From contig BTVJ01000069.1 in assembly GCA_045863395.1 (NCBI GenBank), positions 1 to 37,168 of the forward strand: 37,168 nt of DNA, written 5' to 3'. The first letter of the stretch is position 1, and every line of letters begins with the position of its first letter. Both the position numbers and the translations under genes were made by a program. Shown piece after piece: positions 9,744-18,578 of this stretch. This DNA comes from Myxococcales bacterium (GTDB lineage Bacteria > Myxococcota_A > UBA9042 > JABWCM01 > BTVJ01). The notes under the pieces are model-generated. The model had not been told where the DNA came from and searched no databases. It was given only the letters and a program-made list of their open reading frames with translations.

Positions 9744-11951
9744 ATGACTGCCGAGCACTCTCTCACCATCGTGGCTCCCCCTCCGGAGGCGCCCACCGTC
9801 CCGGAGCTCCCCACCGTCTCGCTGGACGCGCCGGAGCGCTTCATCAACCGGGAGCTCTCGTGGCTCGCGTTCAACGAGCGGGTGCTCGCCGAGGCGCAGA
9901 ACCCGCGCCACGCGCTGCTGGAGCGGCTGCGCTTCCTGTCCATCTCCGCCTCCAACCTGGACGAGTTCACCATGGTCCGGGTGGCGGGCCTCAAGGGGCA
10001 GGTGATGGCGGGGGTCGGCACCCTGAGCGACGACGGCCGCACCCCGGCCCAGCAGCTCGCCGCCATCCACCGCCGGGCGGGGCGCCTGATCCAGGAGCAG
10101 CAGCGGTGCTGGAGGTCCCTGCGCGTCGAGCTCGCCGAGGCGGGCGTGCAGGTCCTCGAGCCCGACGACCTGGGCCACAAGGACCTCGACTGGCTGGAGA
10201 GCCAGTTCCTGTCGCAGATCTTCCCCGTGCTCACGCCGCTCGCGGTGGACCCGTCCCACCCCTTCCCGTTCATCCCGAACCAGGGGCTGGCGCTGGTCTT
10301 CCAGCTCGAGCAGGCGTCGGGGCGGCGCATGGAGTCGCTGGTCGTGCTTCCGACGCAGCTCGGGCGTTTCATCCGTCTGCCCGGAAAGCGCATCCGCTAC
10401 GTCACCCTCGAGAAGACCGTCATCCGGTTCAAGCACCACCTGTTTCCCGGCTTCCGCGCTCACGGGCAGGGCCTGTTCCGCGTCCTGCGGGACAGCGAGC
10501 TGGAGCTGGAGGAGGAGGCCGAGGACCTGGTCCGCCTCTTCGAGTCGGCGCTCAAGCGGCGCCGGAGAGGCTCGGTGATCCGCCTCGGCGTCGAGGCGTC
10601 CATGCCACACGACCTGCGCGTGTTCGTCGCGGACGAGCTGGGCGTGGGCACCGGAGACACGTTCCTGCTCGACGGGATGATCGGCCTCGCCGACACCAAA
10701 GAGATCATCACGTCGGAGCGCCTGGATCTTCTGTTTCCACCGTTCAATGCCCGCTTCCCCGAGCGAATCCGTGACTATGGTGGCGATTGTTTCGCGGCAA
10801 TTCGCGCCAAGGACATCGTCGTCCACCACCCCTACGAGAGCTTCGACGTGGTGGTGCAGTTCCTGCTGCAGGCCGCGCGGGACCCGGCCGTGGTCGCCAT
10901 CAAGCAGACCCTGTACCGCACGAGCGAGAACTCTCCCATCGTGCGGGCCCTGAAGGAGGCCGCCGAGGCGGGTAAGCTCGTCACCGCCCTGGTCGAGCTC
11001 AAGGCGCGCTTCGACGAGGAGGCCAACATCCGCTGGGCCCGCGACCTGGAGCGCTCCGGCGTCCAGGTGGTCTATGGGTTCATCGACCTCAAGACCCACG
11101 CCAAGGTGTCTCTGGTCGTCCGGCGCGAGGCGGGCACGATGCGGTCCTACGTGCACTATGGTACCGGGAACTATCACCCGATCACGGCCAAAATCTATAC
11201 CGATCTCTCGTATTTCACTGTCGATCCAGCGCTGTGCAGCGACGCGGCGCACCTGTTCAACTACATGACGGGCTATGTGCCGCCGCAGCGCCTCGAGAAG
11301 GTGGCCGTCGCGCCGCTGAATCTGCGCCAGACCCTCATGAAGCTCATCGAGGACGAGATCGCCCACGCGAAGGCAGGCCGCACGGGGCAGATCTGGGTGA
11401 AGGTGAACTCCCTCGTGGACCCCGACATCATCGATGCTCTGTACAGGGCGTCTCGGGCGGGAGTCTCCATCGACCTCGTGGTCCGAGGGATCTGCTGTCT
11501 GCGGCCAGGAGTCCCGGGCCTGTCCGAGAACATCCGCGTCCGCTCCATCGTGGGCCGCTTCCTCGAGCACGCCCGCATCGTCTGCTTCGGCGCCGGCAAG
11601 CCGTTGCCCAACCCGGGCGCCAAGGTGTTCATCTCGTCCGCGGACTGGATGCCGCGCAACCTGGACCGGCGCGTGGAGGCTCTGATCCCCATCGACAACC
11701 CGACGGTGCATCAGCAGATCGTCGAGCAGATCATGCTGACCAACCTCAAGGACGAGGTCCAGAGCTGGACGCTGGCTGCGGACGGAAACTACGAGCGCGT
11801 CGCGGCCGGCCCTGACGCCTTCAGCGCCCACACGTTCTTCATGACCAACCCGAGCCTCTCAGGTCGCGGTCACGCAAAGGCGCGAAAGAGCGGAAAGGGC
11901 GGGAAGGCGGCCAGCGGCGCCAACGGGGCAAAGAAACGCGCCAGGAAGTGA
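9744..11951 (+). CDS. ppk1: Polyphosphate kinase 1
   Basis: [49 protein letters not shown] (phospho-His), [15 protein letters not shown] and [15 protein letters not shown]. Confidence 0.97.
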   Translation: MTAEHSLTIVAPPPEAPTVPELPTVSLDAPERFINRELSWLAFNERVLAEAQNPRHALLERLRFLSISASNLDEFTMVRVAGLKGQVMAGVGTLSDDGRTPAQQLAAIHRRAGRLIQEQQRCWRSLRVELAEAGVQVLEPDDLGHKDLDWLESQFLSQIFPVLTPLAVDPSHPFPFIPNQGLALVFQLEQASGRRMESLVVLPTQLGRFIRLPGKRIRYVTLEKTVIRFKHHLFPGFRAHGQGLFRVLRDSELELEEEAEDLVRLFESALKRRRRGSVIRLGVEASMPHDLRVFVADELGVGTGDTFLLDGMIGLADTKEIITSERLDLLFPPFNARFPERIRDYGGDCFAAIRAKDIVVHHPYESFDVVVQFLLQAARDPAVVAIKQTLYRTSENSPIVRALKEAAEAGKLVTALVELKARFDEEANIRWARDLERSGVQVVYGFIDLKTHAKVSLVVRREAGTMRSYVHYGTGNYHPITAKIYTDLSYFTVDPALCSDAAHLFNYMTGYVPPQRLEKVAVAPLNLRQTLMKLIEDEIAHAKAGRTGQIWVKVNSLVDPDIIDALYRASRAGVSIDLVVRGICCLRPGVPGLSENIRVRSIVGRFLEHARIVCFGAGKPLPNPGAKVFISSADWMPRNLDRRVEALIPIDNPTVHQQIVEQIMLTNLKDEVQSWTLAADGNYERVAAGPDAFSAHTFFMTNPSLSGRGHAKARKSGKGGKAASGANGAKKRARK

Positions 11952-11959
11952 CCCCCGTG

Positions 11960-14113
11960 TCACGGCGCTGGCGGGGGCGCGACCCCCAGCAGCTCGAACA
12001 GGAACGCGTAGCTGTCCGCGTAGTTGGCAACGTCCTGCCGCACGAGGTCGGCCCCCGCGTGCCCGGCGTTGGACTCGATGCGCAGCAGCGTGGGCAGGCC
12101 GCTCGTCGAGGCCGCCTGGAGGGCTGCGGCCATCTTTCGGGCGTGCATTGGGTCTACGCGGTCGTCGCTGTCTGCCGAGAGCATGAGGACCGCCGGGTAG
12201 GGCGCCCGGGTCACGTGGTGATACGGCGAGTAGGCGTGGAGGACCCGGAAGCCCTCCTCCGTGTCCGCCGACCCATACTCGGGGATCCATGTGCGGCCAC
12301 TGCCGAAGAGGTGGTATCGCACCATGTCGAGGAGCGGTACGGCGCAGAGCACCGCCCGGAACAGCTCCGGGCGCTGGGTCATGACCGCACCCACCAAGAG
12401 CCCACCGTTGGATCCCCCGCGTATCGCGAGCCGCTCGGGCCGGGTGTAGCCATGGACGATCAGCCACTCCGCCGCCGCGATGGTGTCGTCGAACACATTC
12501 TGCTTCTGGGCCCCCATGCCCGCGCGGTGCCACGCCTCGCCGTACTCTCCGCCGCCGCGCAGGTTCGGCAGGGCGAAGCCGCCGCCTGCATCCAGCCAGG
12601 GGATGAGGGACGGCATGAAGCGCGGAGTCATGTTGACGTTGAATCCCCCGTAGCCCCCAAGGATGAAGGGCGCGCTGCCGTCTCGGGGCAGCCCCATGCG
12701 GTGCACCAGGAACATGGAGATGCTGGTGCCGTCCTTGGACGTGTAGCGGACCTGTTCGATGGAGTAATCTGCGGGGTCCACCGGCAGCGCGGCGGCCTCC
12801 CAGACGGTGGTCGCGCCAGTGGAGACGTCCAGCCGCAGCACGCGGGGAGGGGTGACGAAGGAGGCGAGCTCCAGCCACGCGGCTGGCTGGTCCGGCTCCC
12901 CTTGCAGCGCCTCGATGGACGCGATGGGTGGCAGCTCTACTCGCCGCGCCGCGCTCCCGTCGAGGGCGCGGATCTCCAATCGGCTCGTCGCCGACTCCAT
13001 CAGCCGCAGGACCAGGTGCCCGCCCGCGACGCGCAGCTCGTCGATGACCGCGTCGGGAGACTCGGGGACGATCTCCTGCCAGGACTCTCGGGCCAGCGAG
13101 TCTGTGCGGGTCCGGAGCACTCGCCAGCGGGGGGCGTCCTGGTCGGTGGCGATGTAGAGCCAGTCCCCCCAGGCCGTGACGCTGAAGTGGGCACCCGACG
13201 CAAACTGCACGAAGGGCGCGTCCTTGGCCGCGAGGTCGCGGATCCAGACGTCGCTCGAGTTCCAACCGTGGTGGACGTAGACCAGGAGCCACCGGCCGTC
13301 CGCCGACAGCGAAGGGGAGATGAACGTCTCCGGGCTGCCCGTCCGCGGGTGCACGAGCGTGTCCGACTCCGCCGGGGTCCCGAGGGCGTGGTAGCGGACC
13401 TCGGCGAAGCCCGGGCGCTGGTCCACCGGGATCGTGGGGTCCGTCGGCAGCCAGGTGTAGTAGAAGCCCGCGCCATCCAGGGTCCACTGGGGGTCTGCGT
13501 ACTTGGCGCCGGGGATGACGTCGACGGTGCTGCGCGCCCCCGAGTCCACGTCCATCACGTACAGAGTCGCCTCGTCGGCGTTGTTCTCCCGGAGCGAGAA
13601 CGCGACCCGGCGCCCGTCCCAGGACGGGGCGACAGTCCCCACCGACGTGCTGCCGTCCTCGCTCAAGGTGTTGGGGTCGAGGAGCACGCGCTCGGCCCCG
13701 CTCTCCCCGTCGCGCCACATGAAGATCGCCTTCTCCTGGTCGGAGCGGCGCCGCTCGTAGAAGAGACGCCCGCCCCGGACCGCCGGCGCCCGCACCTGGT
13801 CCATATAGAGGAGCGCCTCCAGGCGGCGCGCCAGCGGCTCGCGCGCAGGCAGGCTCGCGAGGGCCGCCCGCGCGTGGGCGTCCTGCGCGCGCATCCACTC
13901 CTGCACCCGCGGGTCGCTCGCGTCCTCCAGCCAGCGGTAGGGGTCGTCCACCCGCACGCCGAAGAGCGTCTCGGTCACGTCCTCTCGCGCCGTCTGCGGC
14001 GGGTCGGCCCATCGTGTCATGGCGGTCGCTCCCTGCTCACCGGTCGCCTGTCCGGTGGTCCCACAAGCGCCCAGCGCTGCCGAGAGCGCCAGCGCCACCC
14101 CGAGGTTTCGCAT
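11960..14113 (-). CDS. Prolyl oligopeptidase (S9A), lipoprotein
   Basis: MRNLGVALALSAALGAC lipobox, DPYRWLED, GYGGF, NLRGGGEYG, GGSNGGLL, DDRVDP and AGH triad residues. Confidence 0.93.
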   Translation of the reverse strand: MRNLGVALALSAALGACGTTGQATGEQGATAMTRWADPPQTAREDVTETLFGVRVDDPYRWLEDASDPRVQEWMRAQDAHARAALASLPAREPLARRLEALLYMDQVRAPAVRGGRLFYERRRSDQEKAIFMWRDGESGAERVLLDPNTLSEDGSTSVGTVAPSWDGRRVAFSLRENNADEATLYVMDVDSGARSTVDVIPGAKYADPQWTLDGAGFYYTWLPTDPTIPVDQRPGFAEVRYHALGTPAESDTLVHPRTGSPETFISPSLSADGRWLLVYVHHGWNSSDVWIRDLAAKDAPFVQFASGAHFSVTAWGDWLYIATDQDAPRWRVLRTRTDSLARESWQEIVPESPDAVIDELRVAGGHLVLRLMESATSRLEIRALDGSAARRVELPPIASIEALQGEPDQPAAWLELASFVTPPRVLRLDVSTGATTVWEAAALPVDPADYSIEQVRYTSKDGTSISMFLVHRMGLPRDGSAPFILGGYGGFNVNMTPRFMPSLIPWLDAGGGFALPNLRGGGEYGEAWHRAGMGAQKQNVFDDTIAAAEWLIVHGYTRPERLAIRGGSNGGLLVGAVMTQRPELFRAVLCAVPLLDMVRYHLFGSGRTWIPEYGSADTEEGFRVLHAYSPYHHVTRAPYPAVLMLSADSDDRVDPMHARKMAAALQAASTSGLPTLLRIESNAGHAGADLVRQDVANYADSYAFLFELLGVAPPPAP

Positions 14114-14167
14114 CCACGTCCTCCGTCTCCCGCGGCGCTCCCGTGTGTCATCCGAAGGCGCGGCGGC

Positions 14168-14196
14168 ATGGTAGCGCGAACCGGGGACCGTGTCGA
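14168..14196 (-). promoter_or_regulatory. Candidate sigma70 promoter of the prolyl oligopeptidase gene
   Basis: Minus-strand TCGACA (14196-14191), 17-bp spacer, TACCAT (14173-14168), about 55 nt upstream of the ATG. Confidence 0.5.
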
Positions 14197-14229
14197 CGAA
14201 TCGCCGGGCGTGGTGGCTCGCACGCCGCG

Positions 14230-17220
14230 TCACTCCCCCCGAACCGCCCGAAGGAGCGCCTCGGCGGGGTGCAGCGGCGCGAGGCCCGAGAAGCGGTGCA
14301 CCTGGCTGCGGCAGGACGTCCCGGTGGCGAGCAGCCGCCCTCGGTGCGCAGGATCGGCGACGTGTCGCTCCCACCCGAGGGCGTAGATGCCGCGGGAGGT
14401 CTCCGCGTGCTCTGCCTCGTGCCCGTACATGCCGGACATGCCGCAGCAGCCCGCCGGGAGCAGGCGGAGCTCCTGCCCCAGCGCGGCGAAGACCCGCACC
14501 CAGTCCTTCTGCGAAGGCGGCGCGAGGGCCTTCTCGGTGCAGTGGCCGAGGAGCGACCACGACTCGCGGCGGGCGACAGGAGGAGCGGCCGCCGCGAGCA
14601 CCTCCGCTAGCCAGGACTGGAGGAGCTGCACGCGCCACGGGGGCTCGGCCATGCGCAGCGCGTGCGGGACCTCGTGCCCGAGCGCGAGCACGACGGCAGG
14701 CTCGATGCCGATCAGCGGAAGCCCCGTCGCGGCTGCCTCCGTCAGCGCCCGGGCGGCGCGTCGGGCCGCCCGCTCGAAGGCGCGGCCAAACCCCTTGACG
14801 TGCAGACCCTTCCCGCTCTGGAACCAGGGCAGCACCGCCACGCGAAGGCCGAGCGTCGAGAGCAGGTCCACCACGGCCAGGGCCACCTGGGGCTCGTAGA
14901 AGCGGGTGAAGGAGTCCTGCACCAGGATCGCCGTGCGCGCCTTGTCCGCGGCGGGGAGCCGCGTCAGCGCGACCGGGTCCCAGCCCGTGATGCCGCGCTC
15001 GCGCAGCCCCCGATCCAGGGAAATCTCTGCCACCGGCGGGGTGTCCACGACTCCGAGCATCCTCAGCAGCTCTCGCACCGGAGGGCTCCCGACCACGGCG
15101 TTGAACAGGCGCGGCATCCGGGCGGCCAGGGGCAGGGAGGGCTCCAGGAGCGCGACCAGCCAGTCCTTGGCGGGGCGCAGGTACCGGCCATGGTAGTGGG
15201 CGAGGAAGTCCGCCTTCAGCTCGGGCACGTCCACCTTGATGGGGCACTGGGTCGCGCAGGCCTTGCACGACAGGCACCCGTTCATGGCGGCGTGGACCTC
15301 GTGGCTGAAGTCGTCCTCGCCGTGAGCCCGCTCGAAGGTGTTGACCACGCGGTCCACCCACCCGCCGCCCGCGTCCCCTGGCGTCCACCCCGCGAGGGTG
15401 AGCCGCCGCAGCCACTCCCGCATGACCGCCGCGCGCCCCTTGGGCGAGTGGACGCGGTCCCGCGTGCCCTTCCACGACGGGCACATGACGGTCTCCGCGT
15501 CCCAGTCGTAGCAGGCGGCGTTGCCGTTGCACCGCACGGCGACGGCGTGGCGGTCGCGCAGCGCGGGGAGGATCTGGCGGTCGTAGGCGCCCCGCTTGGC
15601 GTCGTCCACGCTCACCAGGGCGCCGGATCCCAGCGGCGTGGCGATCTTGCCGGGGTTGAGCCGGTCGTCCGGGTCGAAGGCGCCCTTGATTCGGCACAGC
15701 TCCCGGTAGAGGTCCTCGCCGAAGAAGCGCGGGTTGTACTCGCTGCGGAAGCCCTTGCCGTGCTCCCCCCACAGGAGGCCGCCGTACCGCTGGGTCAGCT
15801 CCGCCACCTGGTCCGAGATGCGGCGCAGGAGCCGCTCGTCGCTGGGCATCATCATGTCGAGGGCGGGCCGCACGTGGAGGCACCCCACGTCGACGTGGCC
15901 GAACATGCCGTAGGACAGGCCGTGGCCGTCGAGGATCGCGCGAAAGTCCCGCACGTACTCCGCCAGCCGCGCCGGCGGCACCACCGTGTCCTCGACGAAG
16001 GGCAGGGGGCGGCGGTCCCCCGGGGCGTTGCCGAGCAGGCCGACACCCTTCTTGCGGAGCTCCCACAGCGCCGCGCTCTCCGCCGCGTCCCGCGCCACGT
16101 GGTGTCCGACGGACCGTCCGCGCGTGGAGTCCACCAGCGCAGCGACACGGGCGTCGAGGCGCTCCGGGTCCTCCCCCACCAGCTCCACGAGGTTGATGGT
16201 GCGTGCCGGGCTGCCCGGCACGTCCAGCAGGGGACCCACCGTGTGGTAGATGATGTCCCTCCGTGCCAGCGTCAGCACGGTCTCGTCGATGGTCTCGATG
16301 GCGGCCGGATCGTGGGCGAGCAGCGCCTCTGCGTCGGCCAGGGCGTCCTCGAAGGCCCCGTACCTCAGCAGCACGACGCGCTTGTGGCGGGGGAGCGGGG
16401 TCAACCGGAGGGTCGCCTCCGTGACCACGCCGAGGGTCCCCTCGGCGCCGGCGACCAGGCGGCAGGGGTCGAAGCCCCGGGGGCCGTCGATCATCGCCAG
16501 GTTGTAGCCGGTCATGAAGCGCTGGATCCCCGGGAAGGTCTCCGCGATGAGGTCCCGCCGGCCCCGCACCACGTCCCGGACCACGCTCAGGGCGCGCCCC
16601 GCCAGGTCGCCTCGGTCACACGCGGCCGCAAGCGCCTCCTCGTCCATGGGCTCGGCCCGCCAGACGCTGCCGTCCGTGAGCACCAGCTCCAGCGACAGCA
16701 GGTGGTCGCTCGTGCGCCCATAGATGCGCGACCCCTTGCCGCAAGCGTCCGTCCCGATCATCCCCCCGATGGTCGCCCGGTTGCTGGGGGACAGGCTCGG
16801 CGCGAAGAAGCGCCCGAGCGGGGCGGCCGCCCGGTTGAGCTGGTCGAGGACCACGCCGGGCTGGACGACCGCGGTCTCCGCCTCCAGCGCGACCACGCGG
16901 TCCATGTACCGCGAGACGTCGATGACCACCCCGCCGCACAAGGACTGCCCGTTGGTCCCCGTGCCCCCGCCGCGCGGGCTCATGGGGATGTGGCGGAAGC
17001 GCGCCTCGGACCCCAGCGCCAGGAGCGCCGAGACGTCCGCCGTGCTCCGCGGGAACACCACCGCCGCGGGCAGGAGCTGGTAGACGCTGTTGTCCGTGGC
17101 GGCGACGAGGCGCGACGCCGCGTCGGTGCGCACCTCTCCGTCGAACGCGGTGCGCTCCAGGGCGCGGAGCAGGTCGAGGATCTCGCCGCCCGTCTCGTCG
17201 ATGCGTAGCCTCGGGATCAT
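14230..17220 (-). CDS. ydiJ: FAD-binding and (Fe-S)-binding oxidoreductase, YdiJ/D-2-hydroxyglutarate dehydrogenase-like
   Basis: MIPRL start, ATDNSVYQLLP, RGGGTGTNGQS, GAEGTLG, WGEHGKG, CNGNAAC, MCPS, CLSCKAC..QCP, GHCTE, GCCGMSGMYGHE and TGTSCRSQ. Confidence 0.85.
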   Translation of the reverse strand: MIPRLRIDETGGEILDLLRALERTAFDGEVRTDAASRLVAATDNSVYQLLPAAVVFPRSTADVSALLALGSEARFRHIPMSPRGGGTGTNGQSLCGGVVIDVSRYMDRVVALEAETAVVQPGVVLDQLNRAAAPLGRFFAPSLSPSNRATIGGMIGTDACGKGSRIYGRTSDHLLSLELVLTDGSVWRAEPMDEEALAAACDRGDLAGRALSVVRDVVRGRRDLIAETFPGIQRFMTGYNLAMIDGPRGFDPCRLVAGAEGTLGVVTEATLRLTPLPRHKRVVLLRYGAFEDALADAEALLAHDPAAIETIDETVLTLARRDIIYHTVGPLLDVPGSPARTINLVELVGEDPERLDARVAALVDSTRGRSVGHHVARDAAESAALWELRKKGVGLLGNAPGDRRPLPFVEDTVVPPARLAEYVRDFRAILDGHGLSYGMFGHVDVGCLHVRPALDMMMPSDERLLRRISDQVAELTQRYGGLLWGEHGKGFRSEYNPRFFGEDLYRELCRIKGAFDPDDRLNPGKIATPLGSGALVSVDDAKRGAYDRQILPALRDRHAVAVRCNGNAACYDWDAETVMCPSWKGTRDRVHSPKGRAAVMREWLRRLTLAGWTPGDAGGGWVDRVVNTFERAHGEDDFSHEVHAAMNGCLSCKACATQCPIKVDVPELKADFLAHYHGRYLRPAKDWLVALLEPSLPLAARMPRLFNAVVGSPPVRELLRMLGVVDTPPVAEISLDRGLRERGITGWDPVALTRLPAADKARTAILVQDSFTRFYEPQVALAVVDLLSTLGLRVAVLPWFQSGKGLHVKGFGRAFERAARRAARALTEAAATGLPLIGIEPAVVLALGHEVPHALRMAEPPWRVQLLQSWLAEVLAAAAPPVARRESWSLLGHCTEKALAPPSQKDWVRVFAALGQELRLLPAGCCGMSGMYGHEAEHAETSRGIYALGWERHVADPAHRGRLLATGTSCRSQVHRFSGLAPLHPAEALLRAVRGE

Positions 17221-17254
17221 GTCCAGCTTCCCAGCTTCGGGGTCTCGCGGGCAC

Positions 17255-17344
17255 ACCCTACCCTCGGGCCAGGATGCGCGCAATCGGGCGGCGGGCCTTC
17301 GACTCACGTTCGATTTGCGTCCTCCCCGGGGTGCGCGGTACGGT
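17255..17344. promoter_or_regulatory. Candidate back-to-back sigma70-type promoters
   Basis: Minus strand TTGCGC-17 bp-TAGGGT (17283-17255) toward ydiJ. Plus strand TTGCGT-18 bp-TACGGT (17315-17344) toward the esterase gene. Confidence 0.35.
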
Positions 17345-17372
17345 CTGTCGCAGCTTCACGCGGAGGTGAGTG

Positions 17373-18431
17373 ATGGCGCGCACAGTGCTCGTTCTGGCAG
17401 CGCTCCTCGCGGCCTGCGAGGGTGCGGGAGAGGGGCCCGACGGCTCGTCGGGTACGCCGGGCGCGGACGTGACGGACGCGGGCGGCTCGCCGGGGAGCGA
17501 CGCGCCCGGGAGCGATGCCGCCGCCGACGCGGCTTCCGGCGGGCCGGCTGACGGCCTGACCGAGAGCGACGGGAGCACCGAGGCTGACGCCGCACCCGGC
17601 GGCTCCGACGTCGCGTCGGCGGACACGTCGCAGGACGACACGGCCGATGCCCCACGCAGTGGCCCTCCCAAGCCACGCCCCTACAGCGGCGCCCACGGGT
17701 GCCCGACCCTGGTGCAGGGCAAGAACACCATCCAGTCCGCCAAGAAGAGCCGCTCCTTCCTGCTCTACCTGCCCGACGAGCCCGAGGGAGCGCCGCTGTT
17801 GACCCTCTGGCACCCGGCCGGCGGCTCGGCGTCCTACATGGCGAGCGCCTTCGGGGCACAGAAGCTCGCAAAGGCGCACAACCTCATCGTTGCCGTCCCG
17901 GACTCCTGCTGCGGCCTCGTGGAGTGGCGCTTCCGCGACACGGAGGACCCCGAGGCGGATCTCACGCTCTTCGACGACCTGGTCGCATGCACCGACGAGC
18001 AGTTCAACATCGACAGGGAGCGCATCTACACGGGTGGCTTCAGCGCTGGCGGTCTCTGGAGCTCGTTCCTGGTGATCCACCGCGCGGACACCCTGGCGGC
18101 CGCCGTGATCTTCAGCGGGGGCGTCGACGGGCTGATCGCCTGGCAGACGCCGGCTCGCCCCGTCCCCACCCTGCTCGCCTGGGGCGGCCCCACGGACGTG
18201 CTCTACGGCGTGTTCAGCTTCGACCAGCAGATGAAGGCGCTGAGCGCCCACCTCCAGGACGAAGGGGCCTTCGTCGTGGAGTGCGACCACGGCGGCGGCC
18301 ACACGGTCCCGTCCGGCGCGACCAACTGGGCGGTCCCCTTCGCCCTCGCCCACCGGTGGGGCCAGCCGAGCCCCGTCGCGACAGGTGGCCTCGACGCCTC
18401 CTGGCCCAAGTACTGCTCCATCCCCGAGTAG
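17373..18431 (+). CDS. Alpha/beta-hydrolase lipoprotein (PHB depolymerase/LpqC-like esterase)
   Basis: GGAGG at 17362. Lipobox LLAAC, acidic Gly/Asp linker, IDRERIYTGGFSAGG nucleophile elbow, WGGPTD and GGGHT. Confidence 0.82.
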   Translation: MARTVLVLAALLAACEGAGEGPDGSSGTPGADVTDAGGSPGSDAPGSDAAADAASGGPADGLTESDGSTEADAAPGGSDVASADTSQDDTADAPRSGPPKPRPYSGAHGCPTLVQGKNTIQSAKKSRSFLLYLPDEPEGAPLLTLWHPAGGSASYMASAFGAQKLAKAHNLIVAVPDSCCGLVEWRFRDTEDPEADLTLFDDLVACTDEQFNIDRERIYTGGFSAGGLWSSFLVIHRADTLAAAVIFSGGVDGLIAWQTPARPVPTLLAWGGPTDVLYGVFSFDQQMKALSAHLQDEGAFVVECDHGGGHTVPSGATNWAVPFALAHRWGQPSPVATGGLDASWPKYCSIPE

Positions 18432-18578
18432 CCCCCCACTTTCTTCTGTCCCTCCTCCTCGCTTGGTGGTAAGACGCCATCGGGACATGAAGCTCGGTTT
18501 GATCTGTTCTTCTGCTCCGCAGCGGGTTGGAGGCGCTGATCGAGCCCGACGCCATCACCGCAACCCCTGCGAGGAGCC

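Noticed and set aside
14114..16066. Apparent ~650-aa N-terminal extension of the prolyl oligopeptidase (possible fusion or frameshift with ydiJ)
   Set aside because: Out-of-frame overlap with an intact ydiJ; the peptidase has its own lipoprotein signal at 14113 and a candidate promoter.
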